A stretch of DNA of 64,000 nucleotides from Octopus sinensis (lineage: Eukaryota): positions 117,118,001 through 117,182,000 of the forward strand of contig NC_043001.1 of assembly GCF_006345805.1 (NCBI RefSeq), written 5' to 3'. Positions 47,714-59,769 of the stretch are shown piece after piece. Below the pieces are notes generated by a model that saw only the letters and a list, made by a program, of their open reading frames with translations, had not been told where the DNA came from and did no database searches. Made by a program: the position numbers and the translations under genes. Every line of letters begins with the position of its first letter. Within the stretch, counting starts at the first letter, position 1.

Positions 47714-48789
47714 CATAAGTCAAACAGGACTTCTGATATCCTGCCCTTGCCTGAGATATATTATTTAGTTTTGAACTTTCTAAAGTCCAGAATCTAAATC
47801 TGGTGCCATAGTTGAATAAACTTCTCATAAAAAATTTGAAAATGTGCAGCTACAAAACATTTACACTAACAATAGAGGCAAAATTTAGTATTTACAGATA
47901 AATACACGAAAATGTGCAGTTGATCAGGAAATGATGTGAAACAGCTTTAATGTTCTTTGGTTATAAGTAGATATAAAGTGTCATCATTATTATTATGTCT
48001 GTTTTCCCAGGCTTGCATTGATTGGATGGGTTTTCTCTAATGCAACATCTTCCCGCTTTTTTATTTTTTTTCCTGCCGTCTCCTTTGTGAGGTCTTAACC
48101 TTTTAGTATTCAGATTATTTTGTTAAATGCAATGCTTTTTCATTCACATTGTGTTTAATTAACCATGCATTATTTTGTTGCATTGAAATTTTGATGATGA
48201 GATTGTATATTTTATTGTGGCATTGAAAGGTAGTCGTGATAAGCTGGATTGAGCTGGTTAGAACATAAAACAGCATATTTGGGTTGAATATGACTGGTTT
48301 AAATGCTAAATGCTTAACTTCCTAAGACTACTTTTTGCTATTTCTACCTATGCCAGCCTAGCTTTTCTTCAACAGCTGCCTTCACTTGGATATGTTAGTA
48401 CTTCTTTACCCAACTCTCTTCATATGCATTACATGTCTGTATCAGTACAGACCTCTCTTGCATTTGACGTGTTATCCTTCTTATAAGCGATTTTTTTTTT
48501 TGTCCATTGGTACTTTATTGGTTATACCCTGTAACATTATGCTTCCAACAAGCACATTCACTTGATTTATCATCAGTATTCAGTGTCCATGTTTCACTGC
48601 TTTGCAACATCGCACTTTGTATACAAACTTCATACATTCTAACCCTTACTTGACAAGAGAAAGCCTTTCCTGTCAATAGATGTAACTTTTTCTATCCTCT
48701 TTTTACTTTACTCACTATGCACCAGCTTTTGTCACCAGTGATGACCTACGAAAACAGGTCCGGATCAACTTCCAACTCTTCTTTCAGTT

Positions 48790-49352
48790 CACGACACGCA
48801 TTCAGTCGTGACTGCTTTTGATCTTCCTTGAGCAAGCGAAACAAATTTTGCTGCAACTCTTTGCATTTGCAATTCCTCACTCAAAATTCGTTGGCAGGAG
48901 CTCCAGGACACACCTGTCATATCAAGTTAGTCAATTGTTCGGTGACTGTCATCCAAGATCAGTTCATGAAATTTCATGTTTTCATTGGTTTGGGCAGTCG
49001 ATGGTCGCCCTGATGAGGTTGCTTTTCGAGCGACAAGTGGCCATTCCTAAAGCGTGGAAATCACTCGTGAACTTGTTTTACTCCTGGCAGAGTCCTTGTA
49101 AGCCATTTGAAGCATGACAACTGTTTCGACCCCAGCAGAAAACAGAATTTCACAGAAGCACGCTGTTCCTTCGTTTCAACCATCGCAAAAATCGACAAAC
49201 AGGGGAGAAGCACTGCAAAACAAAGACTCACCACGTGGTAGCATGACCGCACTGGACAACGCTGATCGGCAGACTCTAGCGGCGGAAGTCTGAACTACAA
49301 AAGGCTTGTCCTACAGAAAACATTTCCTGTTACTTTTGTGTACCCACTCCTA
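48790..49352 (-). mobile_element. mariner transposase N-terminal remnant with 5' end
   Basis: MVETKEQRASVKFCFLLG followed, after frameshifts, by segments resembling the mariner HTH and linker (RTIDQLV, SWSSCQRIL, RVAAKFV). Confidence 0.8.
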
Positions 49353-50519
49353 TCCACCCATCTATCTATCTACCTATCTATCTATCTATCTATACGCATG
49401 TGTGTGTGTGTATAAATACATGAGTTTCTATGAAAATTGTCATTGACTTTTTTCTAAGCGCATATTTCTTAATTCTTTCTAAATACATCATTTTAGAAGC
49501 ATTAAGACCTCCTAAATATGCAATTTAAGAAGCTTCAATCCTTCCTAAATAAGTTATATTAAATACTACTATTGTCTATCATGCGAATAATGCATAAATT
49601 AATTGATTCACATATCTATTTAATCAGTTTAAAGCTAGTCAAATTATAAGAATAAAGAGAATTTTCTGCACAAGGGAGGTAACATATGTAGTTAGCTCCC
49701 TTTCCTCGAAGCTGAAATATTTTATAGTTGATTGGGTGTGTTTAGAAATTGGGGAATAGGAAAAGGAATAAAGAAATGCGAGAAACGACTGAAGGGAAGT
49801 GAGAAACAAACTACGCAGAAAGAGGAAGTAACAACAGTGCATTCATTGCTTGAATAGTGGAAGTGGGTAATAAATGGAACATTTGCTGCAACGAAGAAAA
49901 AAGTCGGGAGTGTTTGTGTGTGTGTGTATGAAAGCAAGAGAGAGAGAGAGAGAGAGAGAGTGGTGGGAGAAGATATTTAGACAGCCACTGCAACAAAGAA
50001 TAGAGATAAAGCGTGTGGGAAAAAGGGAGAGGCTAGAGATATTCTCTTATTAGCGACTAGAAGAGGGACGTAGACACATGCATTCGCGTATATGGTTATA
50101 GAGAGAAGACAGATACTACTAATCCTGAAGAGAAATATTGAACAGACGACAGATATCACGGATGATCAACATACAAGTGAAAAAAAAAAACATGTTATTT
50201 TTAGATTGGCGGTTTTTTGTTAGTTCCTTCTGAGTCTAACTTCCTCATATGGCCATCCCATAGACCAATTAATCTTGAATAAAATTTATCTCTTTCAATG
50301 CTTATTCATTGCAGCTGTACAATATTAAGGCAGGTTTTGAAATAGCTTATAAAAAAAATTCTAAGCAGATAAGATTAGCATATATAATTTTTAAAAGACG
50401 TAGATGTATAACAGGAGTTTAAGCTAAGAGGACTACCAAAGATAAGATGATTAGTACAAGGTGAGCCTACGTTTCGCAGTTAAATTTCTGTGGAGCCTTC
50501 TCAATAACTGTAATTATAA

Positions 50520-52250
50520 TGTTCCATTATTGTTTTAAAAAATTCTGGTTTATTGTCCGGTATAGTCGGTCTCTGGCGAGTGTTGAGAAAAGGAGAATGC
50601 TGGAGTGCGTGCTGGTAACCTTGCCTTCATTACTGATATTGCTAATAGAAATGAGGAGTGGATTCATTAACAAGGTAGCGAGATGGTACATCTGTTGGTG
50701 CTTCTATGATGGTGGCGGACAAAAGAAAGATCGCCCTTTGATCAGATTGATTTTCACTCAATTATATCACGACAGTGGTCAGCGAACAGTCGAAACAGGT
50801 ACTCTAAAGATGACCATCTACTATGTAGTCAGGTCAGTGTTATTTCGTCAGTGGAAATAAGAGAGTTCTACACTCTGGTCAGAGATAACATCACAATCAA
50901 GGGGTTAGAATCATCTTGAGTGGGGAGTGGGGCATGCATTTGACTAGACCAATGGGAGCCAGAAGTGAGGCAGTCTTAAGGACTATGGAGGAGGACCTAC
51001 AGATGTGTACCTGTCGTGGGAGTAGGCTTATGATAGGGTTTGCGATCGTTCTGGGTGAAGATCGCTCACCGACGTTCCATGTAGAACAGAAGTAACTCAG
51101 ACTAAGATTTTGATGTTATATATAGGTTAACCAAATTTAAGAAAGGATATTAGAAGAGTAAAGGAAAATAGTTGGTCCATTATCTGACAGAGCGGATCTA
51201 TGATCAAAGGTATTCTAATCAGGAACAAAAGTCTGGATCCATAGAAAGAGAACATAAGTTATTTGAATCCCCGAAACTACAACAAATCTACGACAAAAGC
51301 TCAAACTGGTGGCCCACAATGGATGGAAGGATGTGAGTGCGATATAATCTGCGTATGAGGTTGTATGTTTTGCGTATGTGTTGGTGGAAAAATAGCGAAT
51401 GAAAGGACAGGCTCCTGTAGTCATCTTTTTTGGGAAATTGCAAGTCCTGGAACTGTTGTTCTTGTACACTACATAGGCTGGACGACCTGACAGGTTGTTT
51501 CTTAGTCATTGTGTTGCGTAGATTTTTAAGATGGTGTTGAGTATTTTCTTTTTTGTGTGAACGGACAGTGGGGAATGGAGTCGAAAGATTTGCTGATGCT
51601 CATGATGGTTAAAAAGGGTACGTGTGAGAGATTTTTTATCGTTGAAATCATCACGCAGGATAGTAACTTGATTTTCTGTGCCAGGTTTATTGAGTCAGAG
51701 CTCTGAATCCATGATGTGATTTGGAGAGGGAGGCGTGCGGGCTAGTAATATCAAATATTAGCTTTGCTAAAACTTTTGAATGCGTGTACAGGAAAGTGAT
51801 AGGTCTATATAATATAGATTCACTAAAGATTTTGTTGAGCTTTAGAGATTTTCTAATTTTTAAAAAAAGTTTTCAGACTTTGTGAATCTAACAGTATTGC
51901 AGTATTGCTATAAGTAGTGGTAAGTGTTGTTGAATGTAGTGGTCCCGTCAGACCTGTTTTAAATGCGTGTGGGTGCCTGGGTGTGATTTTGTCTGGTTCT
52001 CATCTTTTTGGGCTGTTAAATTTCCCTGCTATTTTTGTGGTGTCTGATGGAAGAAAGGGGTTTAAATCTTGATCTAGGTGGAAGGTTCGTATTTTTCGTA
52101 TTGTTTTCTGTATTATTATGTGGTTTTGGTGGCTGATTTCTGAGAAATGTCTAATGAGGGCATTTGTTTGGTGTTGCTGTGTGTGTATGTCATTTAGAGT
52201 TATAGTTACAAGGCTGTGAGAATATAGCCATTGTTATTGTTGATGATGCT
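50520..52250 (-). mobile_element. Probable highly degenerate Penelope-like remnant
   Basis: Composition shift and weak GIY-YIG-like fragments (TTGACPFIR, HQHIRK) on the minus strand. No clean motif. Confidence 0.3.
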
Positions 52251-52598
52251 CGCGTTTTACTGTTCATTCTATTGTTTGTGTGTGTGTGTGTAGGATATAA
52301 ATCTTCGCTAGTTTCTCTCTTCTTTGGTTTATTTTTATTTCTCTGTTTAGTTGTTTGATGCTGAATTTTATTTCGGTTCTGAGCGGTTTTGGTCAGTTGT
52401 TTTTGACATTGTCTCTATTTACAAGGAAGCATTTAAGTGGTCATTCGGCCTGAAAGAAATTGCAGCCAAATTGTCCTCATGCATTATCCCCACCCTTTTA
52501 AAAACAGCGAAATATACATGGGAGACTAATACAGAATATACAAGTCAGAAGAAAAAAAAACAGAAAAGAAAAGAAAAAAACATTAAGTTAAATTATAA

Positions 52599-52604
52599 TT
52601 TATT
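52599..52604 (-). promoter_or_regulatory. Polyadenylation signal of the peptide gene
   Basis: AATAAA on the minus strand ~70 nt after the TAG, followed by a long T-rich downstream tract. Confidence 0.6.
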
Positions 52605-52675
52605 GTCTTTTTTTCCCCGAACAATCTCGCAAAAAACATGAAGTAACATTGCTATGACTAACATTAGTCGCCATG

Positions 52676-52920
52676 CTAGGCCAGATATACTTGACAGAAA
52701 GAATAGTATAATTTTTCTTGAGCACAGCAGCCGTTGTAGACATCAATATCTTCCATTGCTCGTGCACACAAATAGCACAGACGGTACACGTCTTCGTCCG
52801 TTTGGCAAAATTGCGGTCGGGGTATTTTGAATTCAATCTTGCGGTTGTGAGGGAGACCTTCAGCCAAATTACACACAGGACCATTGTTATGGCAGCAAAC
52901 AATACCAATGTAGATCGCAT
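52676..52920 (-). CDS. Secreted six-cysteine peptide precursor (81 aa after a +1 correction in the T-run at 52866-52868); real gene or recent pseudogene
   Basis: The acceptor TTTTCTTTCTAG| is directly followed by ATG. Corrected: MRSTLVLFAAITMVLCVILAEG-LPHNRKIEFKIPRPQFCQTDEDVYRLCYLCARAMEDIDVYNGCCAQEKLYYSFCQVYLA*. 245 nt + 1 = 82 codons. Signal peptide with an A-x-G cleavage site, and AATAAA downstream. Confidence 0.75.
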
Positions 52921-52983
52921 CTAGAAAGAAAACAGATAAATAAGTACTTAGTGTTGCACTTTGAATAACTGAATCTTTATTGT

Positions 52984-53028
52984 CGTACGCTGATGACAGA
53001 TCAATACCTAGAAACTGCAGTCCGTGCG
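52984..53028 (+). ncRNA. Minimal type I hammerhead-like motif, intact core, weak stem II
   Basis: CGTACG CTGATGA CAGATCAATACCTA GAAA CTGCAG TC CGTGCG: 6-bp stem I, 8-nt palindrome ACTGCAGT and GUC triplet. Confidence 0.55.
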
Positions 53029-53259
53029 TATCACTTAGGTTGATGGGGAAGGATGACCTCCTTTGCAAATACCTTAAGTGTATAGAAAGTGTGTCTAAAG
53101 CCAGCTGGAGACGATGTTCTCCTGGGGCTGCAAGCTACAGTAACATTCACCCTTAGTGGTTAGCCATATTGAGATGGCAAATATACCTCACATAACTATA
53201 TATTATTATTTTTTTATTCAGTGCAATGACACTCTCTCCACCTCTCTTCCTCTTTATCG

Positions 53260-53302
<43 letters not shown>

Positions 53303-53721
53303 GTATGTACACGCACACACACACACTCACACACACGCGCGCGCAATGAAAGACGTGTACGACAGCTGAACGAAGAAATAAAAAAAAAGCAAAGCAAGAA
53401 GAGAACCGATATGGAAAGTTCCATTTCATCAACCCAAGAGTCATTATAATTTTGAGGATGGAAAAAGTTGGGATCGCTCGTCTGGAATGTTCCATGATAA
53501 ACAACAAAACAAAACACAGACCGGATCCGTAATACTGACGCGAAAAACACGGACAAAGAGGTACAGAGTATCGACAAAGAGGTTGTCTTTCCACCAGAGA
53601 AATTAGAAAAAGACTTTAGTATAAATACAACCTGAACAGTGAGAAATATTAAATGTGTGCGGCCAGAAAGATGTTCGCGACACAAAAGAGCGATAAAAAG
53701 GAGGGACAGAAGTATATATAC

Positions 53722-53748
53722 ATACAGAGGAGCGCGCACGCACTACCC

Positions 53749-53784
<36 letters not shown>

Positions 53785-53811
53785 GGGTAGTGCGTGCGCG
53801 CTCCTCTGTAT
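53722..53811. repeat. Perfect 90-bp palindrome: 31-bp GC-rich arms around (TA)14
   Basis: ATACAGAGGAGCGCGCACGCACTACCCACCC (TA)14 GGGTGGGTAGTGCGTGCGCGCTCCTCTGTAT. Confidence 0.95.
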
Positions 53812-53819
53812 ATATATAT

Positions 53820-54470
53820 ATATACACATACATACATACATACATACGTACATACATACATACATACATACATACATACATACATACATACATACATACA
53901 TACATACATACATACATACATACATACATACATACTTATGCTGTCTTAAATAACTTCTAGGTTTTCGCAGTACTACCTGCCTTGGCATTCATGATGGTAA
54001 TGTTGTTATCAATATCAACCATGATCGCACAAGCGAAACTCCACACAGTCTAAGACATACTTTGTAATCTGTTTTGAATCAGGCCAATAGGTATTTCTCT
54101 CTTACAGAAGAAATAAGCCAGTTTCTGAAACTAGGCTGGGGGAGTCGATATAATTGTAGTAGAAAAAGTTTCAAATAGCATTTTTAAACGGTTTCCTACG
54201 CCTGCACACCTGATGTTGATGGCACTTTTTTATGTATGTATGTATGTATGTATGTATGTATGTATGTATGTATGTATGTATGTATGTATGTATGTATGTA
54301 TGTATGTATGTATGTATGTATGTATGTATGTATGTATGTATGTATGCATGTATGTATGTATGTATGTATGCATGTATGTATGCATGTATGTATGTATGTA
54401 TGTTTGTATGTATATATGTGTGTATGTATGTATGTATGTATGTATGTACATATATATATATATGTGTGTA
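53820..54470. repeat. Two long tetranucleotide arrays in opposite orientation: (ACAT)n 53820-53937 and (ATGT)n 54231-54470
   Basis: Direct reading. Confidence 0.95.
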
Positions 54471-54487
54471 TATAAATATACATACAT

Positions 54488-55411
54488 ACAAAGGTATCCG
54501 ACTTTATTTTTTCCCGTCAAAACTAATGTCACATGGACAAAATCCTAATGGGTGGTGACGTCATCGTTTCTATGCATGTATAAAAACTTTCAGGCTGGTA
54601 GGTTGCATCAGTTCCCGGCTGATACGCCTCGAGTACAGACGTGTGCTGCGCGCTCATCGGATTTTCGTTTTCACTCAAGATGACCGAACGCATCAAGCAG
54701 AAATGTTGTATCAAGTTTTGCCAAAGTTTGGCGATACTCAAGCTCAGACTACCCAGAAGATTCAGCAGGCTTTTGGCGATGATGCCATGAGTAAAACTAA
54801 GATCAGGGAGTGGTTCATCCGCTTCAAACATGGTCGCTACTCTGTGGAGAGCGAAGCACGCTCAAGCAGGCCTTCTACAAACCGAAACAAGGAGCCGGTT
54901 GAGAAGGCTCGGCGCGAATAGACATGAAAGATCGTCGTGTAACAATCCAGGGAATTGCTCACGAAGTAGGAATAAGCTGAAGATCAGTGCAGTTTAACGG
55001 AGGATCAGTGCATGCGGAGATTGTTGGCGAAAGAACAAAGCCGGATACTTTTGAACGCATCTTATAATCCAAGATTTCCTGATCGAGAACAACATACCAA
55101 TTGTTCGGTAGGCTCCTTACTATCCCGATTCGACACCGTGTGACCTCTGGCTCTTCTCTGAACTGAAGACCATGATGAAAGGAAAGCGATTTGAGTCGTG
55201 AGAGGAAATTATGAGAAATGGGACGGCAGAGCTCCACAACATCCTTGAGAAGGCGTTCCAGGGGTGTCACCAGCTGCGGCAGAAATGCCGGGAGAAGTGT
55301 GTGAAGTATCAAGGGGAGTATTTTGAAGGTGATTAAATGAAATTTGTGAAATATACAAAATTGTTTTTCTTTTATCTCCAAAGGTCGGGTACTTTTTGAA
55401 CACACCTCGTA
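54488..55411 (+). mobile_element. Internally deleted mariner element
   Basis: MTERIKQKCCIKFC / FGDDAMSKTKIREWFIRFKHGR..VESEARSSRPST is the HTH region. PYYPDSTPCDLWLFSELK..KGKRF...KCVKYQGEYFEGD* is the C-terminus. Most of the DDD domain is missing. The right TIR ends CACACCTCGTA; the left TIR is partly lost. Confidence 0.88.
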
Positions 55412-55599
55412 TCACATCGTACTTCGAAGGCTTTGCAATCCAAGCTTGCACTTCAGACTGGTTCTCATACAATATTCTAAGTGACTAAAAAAGTCAATTC
55501 CAACTGAATTTGTACGAGAACGCAGGAGATGGCCAAAATGCCTGAATGGACGGACAGGCAGTTGGTGATCTGATAAGTTACCTGGCTATATACACACGC

Positions 55600-55624
55600 A
55601 CGCGTGCAGACACACACGCGTGCA

Positions 55625-55705
<81 letters not shown>

Positions 55706-56334
55706 GTGTATATGTATATATACATTTAAACGTAAGTGAATATATATATATATAAATGTAAAAATAGATAAATAAATAAATAAATAAATTAAAAAAAAAT
55801 AATAATAAGGATTATTACGAAGTAGCATTAGCATTACATTTCCTTTTTATATTTATACAGCCTCAAATAGACCTACAAATATACATAGATGAATAGATAG
55901 ATAGATTTGTGTGGGTGTATATGTGTATACAAACATATATATATGTGTATATGTATGCCTATATATACATACGTACATACATACATGCATACATACACGT
56001 ATAAATACATACATATTATACATGTACATACGTGCATTGCTATAGCAACCAATCATCGGTTATCCGAATCGGTTGTGAAAATATCTCTTAATTATGCGCA
56101 ACTTTTTCATATCGATACAATCCTTCCGTCTGTTATTGTTTTTTCTGTTTTTATTTTTTACCAACGTACACACACACGCACACACACACAGACACACACA
56201 CACACACACCACAGACACACACACACAGACACAACACACACAAACACACACACAGACAGACAGACACACACACACACAGACACACACACACACACATACA
56301 CAAACACACAGACACACACAGACACAGACACACA

Positions 56335-56365
<31 letters not shown>

Positions 56366-56400
56366 CACACACACACACACACAGCCCTCACACACAAGTG
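55600..56400. repeat. (CA)n-rich simple and degenerate repeats
   Basis: Direct reading. Confidence 0.9.
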
Positions 56401-58462
56401 GGGAGGAGTAGAATGAGAAAAAGAAAGTGAGAGAGGGGAAGATTGAAAAAAAGTAAGAACGGTTAGAATTAGAAAATAATAAAAGAAATCTTTTGGTATT
56501 TTGAGCTTCCTTTCATGAAGGAAATATTCTTATCTATGAATTAATTAATTCTACTGATCACATTAATTGTAATTGTACTAATAATCAGCTATTATTTCCA
56601 TTGATAGTCCTTACCATGGTCAAATATGGAATGTCTGGAAAAAAAGATAACTGCTAATTTGGTTAAAACGTGTGGGAATTTGGAAAGAGTGAAATGGTGT
56701 TAATGTTTGGAAAAGCGATAATTAAAGACAAAAAGAAGAAAAAAAGACCCAACAAAATAATAAAAATATTGAATTTGCTTTCCAAGCGGAGTTATCGTAC
56801 ATCATATGAATATTGATACGTGCAGGTATGTCGGGTCAGTGAGTACTCGATCCGTATAGAAGGAATGAGTGGGATATCAGTACGACCACGACCCTCCCCC
56901 CTACTCTTCTACCCCCGCTAAACCCACAGCAATACCAGAATCAGGATAAATTAAGATTAAAGTCAAATAAGGTCAACCACCTCACACTCACGAACACGCA
57001 CAACACACACACACACACGCACGCACGCACACACATACACACACACACACAGAGGCATACGCTTATACACAAACTGCAAACACAAACCATAAATATACAA
57101 AAACCACAAACACACACACATACAAACCACAAGCACACACACAACCTGCAAAGATACACACACACACACATACACACACAGACCATAGACAGCCCGCACA
57201 GTCACACACATACGCAATCACGCACGCACGTGGAAAAGTCATATGCGCACACCACAAAACACACATGCAAGCCAAAACAACGCACACAAACCACAAATTA
57301 AAATTTTAAAAAACCCTAAACACAAGGAAAACGAAAATCCACACATATTTAATATCATAGACGACCCATACAAAATAAGATCATTTGAAGCATTGGAAAT
57401 CATTGAAAATGTCACAGAAGTGTGATGAAAATTTACGACATATTAATAAAACCAGAACAGAAGTGAACTACAACCAGTGCCTGTGTCTGTCGGCAATATG
57501 TCCGCCCCAAAATACAACAATGCCGGTTTAAATGCGCGGTTTCGTTTAAAAATTCTTGCAAAACAAATTCAAAAGCGAAACTGCAGATGGTTTACGCTAG
57601 ACTAACGTTCTACCTGTAATCACTGGAATGAAGACACCTCTTTAGTGTTCGAAAAGATATTTCTAAAAAGTAATGGTTACAGAAATAAACAGGTTAACAA
57701 TACTTTTACACTGCAAGGATTGGCTCAAACTATTGATATATCATTCAAACCTCTCTCGAGTATACACCCTGTCCTCATAGAAAGGTAAGATAATAGGCGT
57801 GTCCAGTAATATGTGATTTTAAATACATTATGTCAAGAATAAAGATGGATTAGTTACAGCTTGAAGGTTTTTGATCATAAGACTGCTCAGTCAAAGCTGA
57901 CTTTCGGCTAAACAATAACACACACAACAACATCTATTAAATTGTTGTAAAGCAACTGAACTGAAACAACAAAAAATTCAGGTTTGATCCAAGGAGAAAT
58001 TGCAGGAATTGATATTGCATAAACCATTCTGTATGATAAACCTTACACACTAATGTGAGTCGACGAGAGAGCCTCTACATATTCGCTTGAAGTATTAGAA
58101 ATAGTAGCTAAATTACTATCAAATCGTCTCTTACCGTCTTACCAAAAATTGAAGGAAGCATCGGAAAATGTAGCCATAAATGCACAAGCAATATGATGAT
58201 CAAGAGTGGAATACCGTAGAGCATAGGTTTGTCAGATCAGTGTCCATCGGGAGTTAAGCATCATCAATGATAATGATATTAACAACAACATGAATAACAA
58301 CAACAAGGACAACCAAAGCAACAAATGCAGATAAGAAAAACAACAATGGCATCAACGATAACAAGAACAAGATCAGCAATAAGGATAAGAACGACTACCA
58401 TAATTCGCCAACAACATTTAGACCAATGAAAGAACAGTTTCAGTCCGTCTTACATGAACACT

Positions 58463-58885
58463 ATATGACTATGTGGTTAAGGAGTTTACTTCCCATCCAT
58501 GTTGTCTTGGGTTTTCAGTCCCACTGCGTGGAACCTTGGACCAGGTATCTGCTACTACATAATACACAAGCCAACCAAAGCCTTGTGAGTAGACTTGACA
58601 GACGGAAACTGAAGGAAGACCGTTGTATGTGTGTGTGTGTGTGTGTATGTGTGTGTGTGCGTGTGTGCGCGAGTATCTTTGTGTTTGTGTTTGTCCCTTG
58701 GCAACTTTTGTTGGTTTGTATACCTCCCTGTTATCTAGCGGTTTGGCAAAAGTACCCTACAGAATAACAACCAACTTTAAAAAAATAGATACTCGGGTCG
58801 ATTTGTTCGACCATACCCCTCAAGGTGGTGCCCCAGCATAGCTGCAATCCATTGACTGAAGTAAATAAAAGCTAACAGATAAAGA
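58463..58885 (+). mobile_element. SINE-A-related copy, diverged
   Basis: CAGTCCCACTGCGTGG, CCAAAGCCTTGTGAGT, GACGGAAACTGAA and CCCCAGCAT...GACTGAA motifs. Confidence 0.8.
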
Positions 58886-59516
58886 TTAGCTATTTGTTCT
58901 GTTCAGTTAAGCAGAATGACAGGCGACTGATGCCCTACACAAGAATGACTGAAATAATGAGTGTTCCTTTGATTTAATCATGCGAGACATTCTCAGATCA
59001 GGTGCATGTTTCCAAATGGAATCAATCTGTCCAATCAAACCAAATCTAAAGTCCTGTATGCTGTCACGCATGCGTGAAAGCACGTGTAAAATTTTCTACG
59101 TGCATCGTTCATTTTGTATGGCTTTCTATAACTTTCCAGGGAACTATCTACGCATGTCGATTCAGCAAGCGAAGCACTCAATGTAAACACGACTTTCTAG
59201 AATTAGCAGCCAAAAATATTTAAAACATACAATCGGCCAAGAAAGACAAAATGCATAATGCGGTTTTGGAAGCACCGCATCTAGTGAGAAGACGGTATAG
59301 TTTCGGTCGGAACTGCACAGATCGTAGGACTGATCTATGACAGCCTACCTGGGGCTAAAGAAAAAAAAAAAGCGAAGTGTGTGTACATTTATGTTATATT
59401 ACATATTGCACATTACAATGTATTTGCATTAGACATAAAAAATGACACGTACTTATGCTTACACCAACACACACATACGAATATATACTATAGAGTTAGT
59501 GATAAGTATGCATTCT

Positions 59517-59568
<52 letters not shown>

Positions 59569-59769
59569 GTGCGTGTGTGGTATGTATGTATGTATATATA
59601 TATATATATCTAGCTATATATGTATACACACATATGTATACATATATATATATATACATACATATATATATATATATATATCTTATATTATATATATATA
59701 TATAACATACATACATACGTATATATATATATATATATATAATAACTTTACATATATAAATATAAATAA

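Noticed and set aside
52921-53068. N-terminal part of ORF 52676-53068 (MQRRSSFPINL...)
   Set aside because: It reads through a polypyrimidine tract and AG acceptor and has no signal peptide. The frameshift model explains the locus better.
53254-53739. 161-aa hydrophobic minus-strand ORF
   Set aside because: Hydrophobicity follows from T-rich composition, it ends in microsatellite, and no motif is recognisable. It is more likely 5' UTR or promoter of the peptide gene.
56800-57560. Possible further Penelope remnant (IIDDPYKIRSFEALEII)
   Set aside because: It is too short and interrupted by CA-rich repeats to support a call.
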